NCBI GenBank assembly: GCA_963675245.1 | Contig: OY775910.1 | Span: forward strand, 1,440,001-1,504,000 | From: Acholeplasmataceae bacterium | Lineage (GTDB): Bacteria > Bacillota_I > Bacilli_A > Acholeplasmatales > Acholeplasmataceae | Direction of reading: 5' to 3' | DNA: 64,000 nt | Shown here: positions 29,843-40,230 of the stretch, piece by piece | How the letters are laid out: the number at the start of each line of letters is the position of its first letter | How positions within the stretch are numbered: position 1 is the first letter of the stretch | The notes under the pieces: generated by a model | Seen by the model: the letters and a program-made list of their open reading frames with translations, nothing else | The model's database searches: none | What the model was told of the DNA's origin: nothing | Position numbers and translations under genes: made by a program

Positions 29843-30384
29843 TTATTGGTGTCTTAATTATCATTGTGGCTTTACTCATCGATCAAATCACTAAATCATT
29901 AATTGTATACCATTTTGAACCTTATGTAGCGGTTATTAATGGGACAGAACGATTAGTATCAAATGTTCCTGGTTTTGATGTGATTCCAGGTATTTTGGAT
30001 GTCGATTTTTTTGGTAACACAGGTGCAAGTTTAGGCAGTTTTGATGGTGCAAGACTTTTCTTCTTTGTGATAACAGTACTGGCATTAATATTTTTTGGTT
30101 ATATGTTTACTAAAGTTAATTTTAAAAAAGCGAAAATCTACAGTTTATCGATTTCACTTTTTATTGCAGGAACTCTCGGTAATGCCATAGATCGTGCAAT
30201 TAGACCAATTGGTGCAGTGATTGATTTTATGCACTTTCCTTTTATCGATTGGATCGTTGTTTTTCATAATAACTGGGCGGATATGTGGCTTTCTGCCGCC
30301 ATCGTATTATTTGCAATTGACGTTATATTTTTAGAACATAAGCGGTCAAAAAAAGAAAAGGAATCAGTTAATGAATCAGTTTAA
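29839..30384 (+). CDS. lspA: Lipoprotein signal peptidase II
   Basis: DQITK, NTGAS, GNAIDR, VIDF, N.AD; precedes an RluA-family gene. Confidence 0.9.
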   Translation: MIIGVLIIIVALLIDQITKSLIVYHFEPYVAVINGTERLVSNVPGFDVIPGILDVDFFGNTGASLGSFDGARLFFFVITVLALIFFGYMFTKVNFKKAKIYSLSISLFIAGTLGNAIDRAIRPIGAVIDFMHFPFIDWIVVFHNNWADMWLSAAIVLFAIDVIFLEHKRSKKEKESVNESV

Positions 30385-31294
30385 AGTAACAACTGAATTA
30401 GAAAAACTTAGACTTGATAAGTATATTCAAGAATATGTTTTAAAAGAAGCAAGTCGTAGCCATATTCAAACGTTAATTAAATCAGGATATATTCGAGTAA
30501 ATGATGACGTTGTCAAAAATGGGTATGCTTTAAAACTAAATGATATTGTAACAGTTGAAGAAGCAGCACCGAAACCACTTGATTTAGAACCAGTGAATTT
30601 GAATTTAGATATTGTTTATGAAGATGATGATTTACTGGTTATCAATAAGCCAAGCGGTTTGGTTGTTCACCCTGCATCGTCATATCATGAACCTACTCTT
30701 GTTCATGGTCTTCTCCATCAATCAGAGAACTTAAGTGGTATTAATGGTGTTATTAGGCCAGGTATTGTACATCGCATTGATAAAGATACTAGTGGATTGT
30801 TGGTGGTTGCAAAAAATGATAAGGCACACTTATTGTTAAGTGAAGCGTTGAAGACACATGATATCAAAAGAACTTATTATGCTATCGTCTATAGTAATTT
30901 TAAAGAACTCTCAGGAAAGATTGATGCACCTATTGGTAGAAACCTTGGTAATCGTCTTAAAATGGCAGTCATAGAAGGTGGAAAACCAGCTGTAACATAC
31001 TTTAAAGTACTATTGAATTTTGATCAATACGCACTTATTTCTTGTGAATTAGAAACGGGAAGAACTCATCAAATTCGTGTACATATGGCTTATATTAATC
31101 ATCCAGTTATTGGTGATCCTTTGTATGGACCTAAAAAAACGATTGGTAAAACTGGTCAATATTTACATGCAACATCACTAACATTTGAACATCCTATAAA
31201 AAAAGAGCATATGACATTTAATGCCGATATGCCTGAATCTTTTATTAAATTTATTAAGAGATTTATACCAGATTTTGTTTGGTCACATTCTTAA
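30371..31294 (+). CDS. rluD: RluA/RluD-family pseudouridine synthase
   Basis: S4 domain, NKPSGLVVHP, VHRIDKDTSG, LETGRTHQIRVH. Confidence 0.92.
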   Translation: MNQFKVTTELEKLRLDKYIQEYVLKEASRSHIQTLIKSGYIRVNDDVVKNGYALKLNDIVTVEEAAPKPLDLEPVNLNLDIVYEDDDLLVINKPSGLVVHPASSYHEPTLVHGLLHQSENLSGINGVIRPGIVHRIDKDTSGLLVVAKNDKAHLLLSEALKTHDIKRTYYAIVYSNFKELSGKIDAPIGRNLGNRLKMAVIEGGKPAVTYFKVLLNFDQYALISCELETGRTHQIRVHMAYINHPVIGDPLYGPKKTIGKTGQYLHATSLTFEHPIKKEHMTFNADMPESFIKFIKRFIPDFVWSHS

Positions 31295-32120
31295 AATTCA
31301 TTTTTGTAACGAGTGATAATGATTTTTCACCTTTACTATTAAATATTTGATAAACAACTTCATCAACTTCTTTACTAGCACCTTTTAAAAGTTTAAAACC
31401 AACCTTTTTAGAATATTGTTGCATTTTAACTAAGAAAGCATAGCGTGCAATGATAGAAGCAGCAGCAACTGATAAGTGTACTTGTTCAGCTCTGACATGG
31501 AAATTAATATCTCTATAGACGAGTGTTTCATCTTTGATGTAATTATAGTATAGTTGAGGTGTGCAAAATTGATCAAGAATAACTGGTACCTGATGCTTTA
31601 ACTTGGATGTCGTCTTAATAATGGCTTGATTGTGCAGTAATGCTTTAATTTTATTAAGGTTATAGCCTTCTTTTGTGAGACCGTTATACTTCTGTGGGGT
31701 TAAGATTAACAATGAGTGTGTAAGTCTCTTTGCTATTTCTGGTCCCATTTGAATGATTTTTTCATCCGTCAAATTTTTTGAATCTCTCACATTCATATCC
31801 TCTAAGAAGGTAATATCTTCTTTAGATGTGTATGCACTACAGACAACAATGGGTCCAAAAACATCTCCTGTACCAACCTCATCTGAACCTACGGCTTCAT
31901 AATCTTTTCTACCAAGATGATTCTTAATTGCGATGAGTTCATGAGATACTTCTGGTCCTTGCATGAGAACTTTTCCCGATTTATATGCTAAAACAACGAT
32001 ATCGTTGTGCATAGCATGAAATAAAAGGTACGGATTCTTATCCGGCACCAGATGGTTAATATAGACTTTATGCAGTTTATCAAGTTCGTTTTCATTAACA
32101 GAAAGCGTGCAATGTTTCAT
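31263..32120 (-). CDS. rnhC: Ribonuclease HIII
   Basis: N-terminal YKSGKVL.QG domain, GSDEVGTGDVFGP, DSK, DQF, VAAASIIAR. Confidence 0.94.
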   Translation of the reverse strand: MKHCTLSVNENELDKLHKVYINHLVPDKNPYLLFHAMHNDIVVLAYKSGKVLMQGPEVSHELIAIKNHLGRKDYEAVGSDEVGTGDVFGPIVVCSAYTSKEDITFLEDMNVRDSKNLTDEKIIQMGPEIAKRLTHSLLILTPQKYNGLTKEGYNLNKIKALLHNQAIIKTTSKLKHQVPVILDQFCTPQLYYNYIKDETLVYRDINFHVRAEQVHLSVAAASIIARYAFLVKMQQYSKKVGFKLLKGASKEVDEVVYQIFNSKGEKSLSLVTKMNFKNVTKQNLV

Positions 32121-32180
32121 AGATTTATCGCTCCAATTCCTCTATATTATATCATATTTTTACGAAAAAAGGTGGCACAT

Positions 32181-34508
32181 ATGCGATTTATGACAAAACA
32201 AATTGAACTTAATACTGTTCTTGAAGCGGTTAGTAAACATGCTAAAACAGATAGTGTTAAAAATAGAATTCTAAACTTAAAGCCATCCACCTCATTAGAT
32301 GATATCAAATTATCTCTAAATGAAGTTGATAGCCTTCGTTCTTTGATGGTACAAAATAGTCATTTGCCTCTCATTCCTGACTTTGATATACATCAATTAA
32401 TAGGATATGCTGCGATTAATCGTAGTTATTCATTAGTGGAAATATTACACGTACGTTTATTTTTAGCGATGGAACGAGATGTTATCCAATATTATAAAAA
32501 TGCAATGTCTCAAAAGATTGACGCAGGATCTGTTGCTCATTATTTTCAGTCACTTGTTAGTCATCGCTTTCTTCTAAACGAAATTGATGAGAAAGTTGAT
32601 GGTGAAGGAGTCATAAAAGATGATGCAACACCTGAACTACTCCATATCCGAAGACGATTATCAAAACTAGATAAAACGTTACAAGATAAGCTTTCCAAAC
32701 TTGTTTCTACTTATAGTAGTTACTTATCAGATCAAGTAATTGTGATGCGTAATGGACGCTTTTGCATTGGCGTCAAGGAAGGTAATAAAAATAGGGTTAA
32801 AGGTATTGTTCACGATATATCTTCGAGTGGTCAAACGGTTTACATTGAACCAGATCAAACGAGACAAATTACTGCAGAGATTGAGTCTTTAAAAGTAGAA
32901 GAAGTTAAAGAGATTGAGAGAATTGTTGCTATACTATCTCATATGATTCAAGATAACTATGAGTCCCTTTCAGCTAATCTCTTTCAACTTATTGAACTCG
33001 ATTTTATTCAAGCAAAAGCGAATGAAGCGATTCATTTAAACGCTATAGTTCCTCATGTGAATCATGAAGGATTTATCGATTTGAAACGTGCAAAACATCC
33101 ATTATTAGATCAAAAAATAGCTGTTCCTATCTCATTACAGCTAGATAAGCATCATAAAGTTCTTCTCATCACTGGACCAAACACTGGTGGTAAAACAGTT
33201 GCTTTAAAGACACTAGGATTACTGACTTTGATGATGCAATGTGGATTATTGGTTCCTGCAGATCCACATACACATTTATCTGTATTTGATCAAATTTTTG
33301 CAGATATAGGTGATGAACAATCCATCTCACAATCGCTTTCGACATTTTCATCACATCTTACAAAAATAATTAAAATGACGAAAGATGTAAGTGATAAAAC
33401 ACTTATCTTATTAGATGAAATAGGTAGTGGAACAGATCCTAATGAAGGTGTGTCTTTGGCTATTGCTATATTAAACACGTTTAGAAAATATGACGTTAGA
33501 ATGATGGTAACAACTCACTATTCTGAATTAAAACGGTATGCATACGAACAACCAGATATACAAACTGCAAGTGTTGCATTCGATAAAGAAACACTAAAAC
33601 CACTTTATCATATTCATATGGGGACAACAGGTTCTTCTCATGCATTTTTAATCGCTAAAAGATTGGGGTTACCAGAAGAAGTAATTGATGAAGCAAACCA
33701 AATTTATGCTGGTCGACAAACCGATTTAGCAAAATTAATGGAACAATTAAATGATGAGATGGTGGAAGTTCAAGAAGAAAAAGTTGCATTAGAAAATATG
33801 AAAGATTCACTCGCAAAGGAATCTAAATCGTATCAACAAGCAAAACAGGCATTGATTGAAAAACAAGATGATATGCTGAGACGACTTAAAGAAAAAGAAT
33901 TATCAAAATGGGATAAACAAAGGACTGAACTAGCGGATTTACTTGAAGAAATAAAGCAAAAATCGTCATTATCACAACCAGAATACGCTGCCTATAAAAA
34001 CAAGCTTAATCAAAGCCATATTGAAGGTGAACAATCACTAGATGATAGAGAACTGAAGGTTGGCGATGATGTTTTTATCCTTTCATATCAACAATATGGA
34101 ACAATTAAGGCGATTAAAAACAATCAATATGAAGTCGTTTTTGGTAACTTTGATTTAACCTTTAAACGTACTGATCTTAGGAAAGATCAAGTTAAGAAAA
34201 AGAAACAAACCATATCATCTGTAAAAAAAGCCAAAAAAGATCCAACTACGCTACCAAAAAGAGAAGCTTCTTTAGAACTAGATTTAAGAGGATTTCGTTA
34301 TGAAGAAGTTGATTCAGAACTCGATCAAGCAATAGATCGTGCGATGTTATCTGGCTTAAGGACACTTCGTGTTATTCATGGCTTTGGTACTGGTGCTGTT
34401 AGAAAAGCTGTGCAAGCATATATTAAGCATTCACCTTATATTCAGTCTTCAAGATTTGGGGGAGAAGGTGAAGGGTTAAATGGAGTTACGATATTGACTT
34501 TAAAGTAA
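32181..34508 (+). CDS. mutS2: Endonuclease MutS2
   Basis: ITGPNTGGKT, DIGDEQSI.QSLSTFS, LLDEIGSGTDP, TTHY, C-terminal Smr IHGFGTG; start moved to ATG 32181. Confidence 0.96.
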   Translation: MRFMTKQIELNTVLEAVSKHAKTDSVKNRILNLKPSTSLDDIKLSLNEVDSLRSLMVQNSHLPLIPDFDIHQLIGYAAINRSYSLVEILHVRLFLAMERDVIQYYKNAMSQKIDAGSVAHYFQSLVSHRFLLNEIDEKVDGEGVIKDDATPELLHIRRRLSKLDKTLQDKLSKLVSTYSSYLSDQVIVMRNGRFCIGVKEGNKNRVKGIVHDISSSGQTVYIEPDQTRQITAEIESLKVEEVKEIERIVAILSHMIQDNYESLSANLFQLIELDFIQAKANEAIHLNAIVPHVNHEGFIDLKRAKHPLLDQKIAVPISLQLDKHHKVLLITGPNTGGKTVALKTLGLLTLMMQCGLLVPADPHTHLSVFDQIFADIGDEQSISQSLSTFSSHLTKIIKMTKDVSDKTLILLDEIGSGTDPNEGVSLAIAILNTFRKYDVRMMVTTHYSELKRYAYEQPDIQTASVAFDKETLKPLYHIHMGTTGSSHAFLIAKRLGLPEEVIDEANQIYAGRQTDLAKLMEQLNDEMVEVQEEKVALENMKDSLAKESKSYQQAKQALIEKQDDMLRRLKEKELSKWDKQRTELADLLEEIKQKSSLSQPEYAAYKNKLNQSHIEGEQSLDDRELKVGDDVFILSYQQYGTIKAIKNNQYEVVFGNFDLTFKRTDLRKDQVKKKKQTISSVKKAKKDPTTLPKREASLELDLRGFRYEEVDSELDQAIDRAMLSGLRTLRVIHGFGTGAVRKAVQAYIKHSPYIQSSRFGGEGEGLNGVTILTLK

Positions 34509-34586
34509 ACATTCTACTTGAAAAAATAATAAAAAAGAATATAATAGAAATATAAAAGAAATTTATTAAGAAATGAGGAAAATTTA

Positions 34587-34895
34587 ATGACTGACTATCA
34601 AGGACAGCCATACGAACAAGTCGTTGGCAGACAGGGATTGACTGTTGTTCAATATTATGCAACATGGTGTGGTCCATGTAAAATGTTAAAGCCTGTATTA
34701 GAATCATTAAGTACAGAAATGGAAAATACGTCATTCTATCGTGTTGATATCGATTTATATCGTAATCAAGCTATTGAAGCTGGTATTCGTAGTGTTCCAA
34801 CTGTCGTTCTATACAAAGATGGGGAAGAAGTTGCACGTACAAGTGGTTATCAACCAAAAGAACGTGTTCAAGCTTGGATTGATCAAAATCGCTAA
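34587..34895 (+). CDS. trxA: Thioredoxin
   Basis: WCGPC, SVPT. Confidence 0.93.
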   Translation: MTDYQGQPYEQVVGRQGLTVVQYYATWCGPCKMLKPVLESLSTEMENTSFYRVDIDLYRNQAIEAGIRSVPTVVLYKDGEEVARTSGYQPKERVQAWIDQNR

Positions 34896-34902
34896 TTAAG
34901 AG

Positions 34903-34924
34903 AAAGCACTTAGTGCTTTTTTTT
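34903..34924 (+). terminator. Intrinsic terminator
   Basis: AAAGCAC-tta-GTGCTTT plus T tract. Confidence 0.75.
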
Positions 34925-34962
34925 ATATGCCATAACTGGTATAATATTACGTGGTGAAAGTG

Positions 34963-35808
34963 ATGGACGGTATATTTCTAGTCGATAAGCCAACAGGCGT
35001 AACATCTCATGATGTTGTAAGACATATTAAGCATAAATTTCAATTAAAAAAGGTTGGGCATACCGGTACACTTGATCCATTCGCAAGTGGCCTTCTTATT
35101 GTCTGTGTTGGTAAAGCGACTAAAATGTCCAATTTACTTTCTTCAAATGATAAATCATACACAGGTACAATCGTATTTGGGAATCATTATGATACTTATG
35201 ATACTACAGGCAACATCATGAAAGAAAATGCGGTTCTAGTCAACAAAGATGATGTTTTAGAAGCGATGCAATCGTTTATCGGTGGATATGATCAAGAACC
35301 GCCTATGCATTCAGCAATCAAGATTGATGGTCAGAAATTATATAAACTAGCACATCAAGGAAAATCAATTGAACGTCCCAAAAGACGGGTCAATATTGAG
35401 AAATTTGAGTTATTGTCGTTTAGAAATAATGAACTTGATTTTGAAGTTCATGTTTCTAAAGGCACATATATAAGGAGTTTAGCGGTAGATTTAGCACAAA
35501 AACTTCATACATATGGTGCCTTATCTGTTTTAAGAAGAACAACAATTGGTGAATACCATATTGATCATGCACATTCTCTTGAAGACATCACATTAGAGGA
35601 TATGATAACACTTGAAGATTTTTTTAGTCACTATCCTAAACTAGTGTTGAATGATTATATGATTAATCTAGTGAAAAATGGTGTTATGCTAGACGAAAGA
35701 CAAACGACTGTGAAGCATGCGTTTATTGTCGTCGATAGTTTGAATAACTATATTGCATATTATGAACCAACGAATGACAATACATATAAACCATTGATAA
35801 TCTTTTAG
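34963..35808 (+). CDS. truB: tRNA pseudouridine(55) synthase
   Basis: DKP.G.TSHD, GHTGTLDPFASG, PP.HSAIK..G..LY, SKGTYIRSL. Confidence 0.96.
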   Translation: MDGIFLVDKPTGVTSHDVVRHIKHKFQLKKVGHTGTLDPFASGLLIVCVGKATKMSNLLSSNDKSYTGTIVFGNHYDTYDTTGNIMKENAVLVNKDDVLEAMQSFIGGYDQEPPMHSAIKIDGQKLYKLAHQGKSIERPKRRVNIEKFELLSFRNNELDFEVHVSKGTYIRSLAVDLAQKLHTYGALSVLRRTTIGEYHIDHAHSLEDITLEDMITLEDFFSHYPKLVLNDYMINLVKNGVMLDERQTTVKHAFIVVDSLNNYIAYYEPTNDNTYKPLIIF

Positions 35809-35816
35809 GAGCAACT

Positions 35817-36722
35817 ATGAAAATATATTATAATACATTTGATCAAATCAAGAATCGTAAATCGTTAACACTCACATTTGGAAACTTTGATGGTCTTCAT
35901 AAAGGTCATCAGCAGCTTATTGAACGTGTTTTGAAGTATAAAGACACGAAACATGCGATTCTAACGTTTGATCCTCATCCTTCCTCCATATTACGGAATC
36001 AAACATTTAAAACATTGTCTCAAAAATTAGACAAAATTGATTTAATCTCACAATATCCTATAGACTTTGCATTCATCGTGAAATTTGATCGACAATTTTC
36101 AGAATTAAGTGTAGATGAATTCATTAGATTTTTAAAGCAACTTTCAGTGAAAAGACTTGTTTTAGGGCGTGATGCAAGATTCGCGTTTCGTGGACAGGGA
36201 ACCATCGAAGATTTGCGTAAAAGTTTTGTGGTAGATGTTGTTCCTGAGTTGGTATTTGATAATATACGTGTTTCGACGACATACATTAAAGATTTTCTTC
36301 AAAATGGTGACTTATCTTCCGCTGAAGAGTTACTAGGAAGAAAGTATACCGTAAGAGGAGATGTAGAACACGGTGATAAAGTGGGCAAATTATTGGGATT
36401 TCCAACAGCCAATGTCAATTATGGTAATTACTTTTTACCGCGTGTAGGCGTTTATTACGTTAAAGTAAAAGTTGAAGGAAAACCTTATAATGGGATGGCA
36501 AATATTGGTTATAACCCGACGATAAATTATTCAAATGAGAAACGACTCGAAATTTTTATTTTTAATTTTAAAAAGGAAATTTATCATAAACATATGGAAG
36601 TTACATTCATTCAATATATCCGTGATGAAATTAAGTTTAAAAACAAAGAATCGCTTATCAAACAGTTAAAACAGGATGAAGTGACAGTTAAAAATCTCAT
36701 AGATTTGGAAGTCGTGGTATAA
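35817..36722 (+). CDS. ribF: Bifunctional riboflavin kinase/FAD synthetase
   Basis: GNFDGLHKGHQ, TFDPHP, VSTTYI, LGFPTAN, NIGYNPT. Confidence 0.96.
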   Translation: MKIYYNTFDQIKNRKSLTLTFGNFDGLHKGHQQLIERVLKYKDTKHAILTFDPHPSSILRNQTFKTLSQKLDKIDLISQYPIDFAFIVKFDRQFSELSVDEFIRFLKQLSVKRLVLGRDARFAFRGQGTIEDLRKSFVVDVVPELVFDNIRVSTTYIKDFLQNGDLSSAEELLGRKYTVRGDVEHGDKVGKLLGFPTANVNYGNYFLPRVGVYYVKVKVEGKPYNGMANIGYNPTINYSNEKRLEIFIFNFKKEIYHKHMEVTFIQYIRDEIKFKNKESLIKQLKQDEVTVKNLIDLEVVV

Positions 36723-36743
36723 TTATATAAAGGAAGTGAGACT

Positions 36744-37067
36744 ATGAAATTAATCATTGCTATCGTATCAAATGATGATGCAAATAAAGTTCAAAAAGCA
36801 CTAGTTAAAGAGAAGTTTTTCTCTACCCGTTTGGCAACTACAGGTGGTTTTTTAAGAGCTGGAAATGTAACGTTTATGATCGGTGTTAATGATGAGAAAG
36901 TACCGCAAGCATTGGAAGTGATTGAAGCTCACAGTAAAAAGAGAGCAAAATTAGTTCCGAATACCATAGTTAACGAATTTGGATCATTCACTGCTTTACC
37001 TATTGAAGTTGAAGTTGGTGGTGCCACTGTGTTTGTGGTCAGTGTTGATCAATTCATTAAAATTTAA
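36744..37067 (+). CDS. darA: Cyclic-di-AMP receptor (PII-like DarA/PstA/YaaQ)
   Basis: MKLIIAIV..DDA, T.LATTGGFLRAGN.T, VEVGGATVFV. Confidence 0.9.
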   Translation: MKLIIAIVSNDDANKVQKALVKEKFFSTRLATTGGFLRAGNVTFMIGVNDEKVPQALEVIEAHSKKRAKLVPNTIVNEFGSFTALPIEVEVGGATVFVVSVDQFIKI

Positions 37068-37076
37068 ATAAAAACC

Positions 37077-37104
37077 TTGCATATTATTAATAATATGCTA
37101 AAAT
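37077..37104 (+). promoter_or_regulatory. rpsO promoter
   Basis: TTGCAT-16 bp-TAAAAT with TG extension. Confidence 0.6.
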
Positions 37105-37107
37105 ATA

Positions 37108-37170
37108 GAAGGCGATAACAAGGTTATGGGTATGCCACCCCTTACTTTAGTTACTCGAGAAAGGACACAC
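37108..37170 (+). promoter_or_regulatory. Probable ribosomal protein S15 autoregulatory leader
   Basis: Structured 5' UTR (CGA-TAAC…GTTA-CTCG outer stem, GGGT-atgcc-ACCC inner hairpin) just before the rpsO RBS; such leaders are known in Firmicutes. Confidence 0.5.
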
Positions 37171-37173
37171 ACA

Positions 37174-37443
37174 ATGGCACTAAGTAAAGAAACGAAACAG
37201 GCTATCATCAAGGAATACGCGGTTAAAGAAGGCGACACTGGTTCTCCAGAAGTCCAAATCGCAGTATTAACAGCTAACATTAACAGCCTCAATGGTCATC
37301 TTCAAACACACATCCATGATTTTCACTCACGTCGCGGTTTATATAAGATGATTGGACAAAGACGTCGTTTACTAAACTATTTACGTAATAATGATGTTAA
37401 TCGTTATCAAGTTCTAATTCAAAAACTTGGTTTACGTAAGTAA
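37174..37443 (+). CDS. rpsO: 30S ribosomal protein S15
   Basis: [25 protein letters not shown] 37174 after GAAAGGA. Confidence 0.98.
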   Translation: MALSKETKQAIIKEYAVKEGDTGSPEVQIAVLTANINSLNGHLQTHIHDFHSRRGLYKMIGQRRRLLNYLRNNDVNRYQVLIQKLGLRK

Positions 37444-37468
37444 AAAGGTTGCCTAGCAGCCTTTTTTT
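37442..37468 (+). terminator. Intrinsic terminator of rpsO
   Basis: AAAAAGGTTGC-cta-GCAGCCTTTTTT. Confidence 0.85.
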
Positions 37469-37591
37469 CTTGAAAAAATGATAAAAACAGCGTATATCAT
37501 CAAGTGACTTTTTAGTCATTTTATGGTATCATAGTTTGGATATATAAAAACAAAAAATCGAAAGATATAAAATGAAGGAGATTTTATATTC

Positions 37592-39796
37592 ATGCAAAAA
37601 AAAGTTTATGAAACAACATTAGGTGGTAGACCTCTAATTGTTGAACTAGGAGAAATGGCAAAGCAAGCAAATGGTGCCGCTATTATCCGTTATGGTGAGT
37701 CTACAGTATTAAGTGTTGTCACAGCAAAAACAGAAGAATCATACCAAGACTTTTTCCCTTTAATGGTGATATATCAGGAAAAACTTTATGCAGCTGGTAA
37801 AATACCTGGTGGTTTCTTAAGAAGAGAAGGTCGTCCATCAGAACACGAAACATTGACATCAAGATTAATTGATAGACCACTTAGACCGTTATTTCCTGTA
37901 GGATTTAAAAATGAAGTGCAAGTTGTCAATACAGTTATATCAAGTGATCAAGATTGTACACCTGAGATGGCTGCAATGTTTGGATCTTCACTCGTTTTAA
38001 GTATTTCAAATATTCCATTCACGATGCCTATTGCAGGAGTTCAAGTAGGACGTATTGATGGTGAACTTATCTTAAATCCAACACCTGAACAACAAGAAGA
38101 ATCAGATATTGACTTAATTGTAGCAGGTACAAAAGAAGCAATTAACATGGTTGAAGCTGGTGCTAAACAAGTAAGTGAAGCAGATATGTTAGAAGCAATT
38201 TTATTTGCACACGATGCAATTAAAGCACTTATTGCATTCCAAGAAAAAATTATTTCAGATAATCCTACTGACAAAATGTCATTTACAAAACTTGAAATTG
38301 ATGATGATCTTAAAAAAGTTTTATATGAGACATATGAAGATCGTTTGATTAAAGCAGTTTCAATTTTTGATAAGTTAGAGCGTTATCATGCCATCGATGC
38401 ACTTCGCGATGAAGCGGTAGAAACACTTGGAAATAAAGCTTTCTTCAAGACAGTTGAAGGACATCAAGTGTTTGATGAAAAAGCGCATAAAGATTATATT
38501 AAACAAGTTAAATTCTTAGTGGATGCGATTGTTACTGCGGAAGTAAGACGTTTAATTACAGAAGATAAAGTGAGACCAGATGGTCGTAAGGTTGACGAAA
38601 TAAGACCTCTTGACTCTAAAATTGATTTATTACCAAGAGCACATGGTTCAGCATTATTTACACGTGGTCAAACACAAGCTTTAGGCACGACCACACTTGG
38701 TTCATTAGGTGAAAACCAGATTATTGATGGACTTGGTGATGAAGATACAAAACGCTTCATGCTTCACTATAACTTTCCACCATTCTCAGTTGGTGAAACA
38801 GGACGTTATGGTTCACCAGGACGTCGTGAAATTGGTCATGGTGCACTAGGACAACGTGCTTTATTACAAGTTTTACCTGATGAGGAATCATTCCCATATT
38901 CAATCCGTATCGTATCTGAAATTCTTGAATCTAATGGATCATCATCACAAGCAACAATTTGTGCTGGTTCATTATCATTAATGGCTGCTGGTGTGCCAAT
39001 TCAAGCGCCAGTTGCAGGAATTGCAATGGGACTTATCATGGAAGGTAAGAACTATACAATTCTCACAGATATTCAAGGTATGGAAGACCATGAAGGCGAT
39101 ATGGACTTTAAAGTTGCTGGTACGACAAAAGGTATTACAGCACTTCAAATGGATATTAAAATTGATGGTATCACAAGAGAAATTTTAGAAGAAGCATTAG
39201 AACAAGCTAAAGTTGCTCGTTTAGAAATTCTTGATCATATGTCAACTGTTATTGCTACACCAAGACAAGAACTCTCTAAATATGCACCTAAGGTTAAGAT
39301 GATTCGTGTTAATCCAGATAAGATTAAGGATATCATTGGTGCTGGTGGTAAAATTATTAATCAAATTATTGAAGACAACAATAACGTTAAGATTGATATC
39401 GAACAAGATGGTCGTGTCTTCTTGATGCATATGGAATCTAAATGGACGGAATCAGCTGCTGAATACATTCTAAATATCGTTAGAGAAGTTGAAGTTGGTA
39501 AAATCTATGAAGGTAAAGTCATGCGTATTGAAAAATATGGTTGTTTTGTAGAATTGTGGCCAGGTACTGATGGATTAGTTCATATTTCACGTATCGCAAA
39601 AGAGCGTATTGAAAAAGTGGAGGATGTCTTATCAGTTGGCGATCAAATTATGGTTAAATGTATCGGTGTAGATGATAGAGGACGTATTGATTTATCTCGT
39701 AAAGATGCACTTCCAGGTGCTGATAGCAGTGATGATAAATCATTCAAAAAAGATCATAAACCACGTGGTAAAAGACCAGAACATAAAGATAATTAA
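37592..39796 (+). CDS. pnp: Polyribonucleotide nucleotidyltransferase
   Basis: [46 protein letters not shown] and S1 domains. Confidence 0.98.
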   Translation: MQKKVYETTLGGRPLIVELGEMAKQANGAAIIRYGESTVLSVVTAKTEESYQDFFPLMVIYQEKLYAAGKIPGGFLRREGRPSEHETLTSRLIDRPLRPLFPVGFKNEVQVVNTVISSDQDCTPEMAAMFGSSLVLSISNIPFTMPIAGVQVGRIDGELILNPTPEQQEESDIDLIVAGTKEAINMVEAGAKQVSEADMLEAILFAHDAIKALIAFQEKIISDNPTDKMSFTKLEIDDDLKKVLYETYEDRLIKAVSIFDKLERYHAIDALRDEAVETLGNKAFFKTVEGHQVFDEKAHKDYIKQVKFLVDAIVTAEVRRLITEDKVRPDGRKVDEIRPLDSKIDLLPRAHGSALFTRGQTQALGTTTLGSLGENQIIDGLGDEDTKRFMLHYNFPPFSVGETGRYGSPGRREIGHGALGQRALLQVLPDEESFPYSIRIVSEILESNGSSSQATICAGSLSLMAAGVPIQAPVAGIAMGLIMEGKNYTILTDIQGMEDHEGDMDFKVAGTTKGITALQMDIKIDGITREILEEALEQAKVARLEILDHMSTVIATPRQELSKYAPKVKMIRVNPDKIKDIIGAGGKIINQIIEDNNNVKIDIEQDGRVFLMHMESKWTESAAEYILNIVREVEVGKIYEGKVMRIEKYGCFVELWPGTDGLVHISRIAKERIEKVEDVLSVGDQIMVKCIGVDDRGRIDLSRKDALPGADSSDDKSFKKDHKPRGKRPEHKDN

Positions 39797-39832
39797 TATT
39801 GTCACATAAAACAATTAGTGATAGAATTAAGA

Positions 39833-40166
39833 TGTTAGCCGAAGGTGATCGAGCCTTTTAAAGGTTAGGAAAGTCCATGCTAGCACATTCTGAGATGAAT
39901 GTAGTGTTTGTGCCTAAGGAAACAATAACTTAGGGTACGAAAGTAACGGCGCGAGATGCCTAAAGGAAACCATGGCTAATCGCATAACGTGCCACAGAGA
40001 CGAGCAATTTGGAAACAAATTGATGAAACGCGGTAAACCCCTCAAGCTAGCAACCCAAATTTGGTAGGGGCATATGCAGAAACCAAATGAAGTTGATGCA
40101 TGCTACTATGTAGAGATAAATGATCACACCCTTATGGGAACAGAACATGGCTTATGCAAGCTAACA
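39833..40166 (+). ncRNA. rnpB: RNase P RNA, bacterial type B
   Basis: AGGAAAGTCCATGCT, GTGCCACAGAGACG, AAACGCGGTAAACCCC, ACAGAACATGGCTTA; P1 TGTTAGC/GCTAACA; promoter TTGTCA-17-TAGAAT upstream. Confidence 0.97.
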
Positions 40167-40169
40167 ATT

Positions 40170-40193
40170 AAAAGGTCCTTACGGACCTTTTTT
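40170..40193 (+). terminator. Intrinsic terminator of rnpB
   Basis: AAAAGGTCC-ttac-GGACCTTTTTT. Confidence 0.9.
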
Positions 40194-40230
40194 CATTCTT
40201 TTTACATGGTATAATATATAAGGAAGGGAT

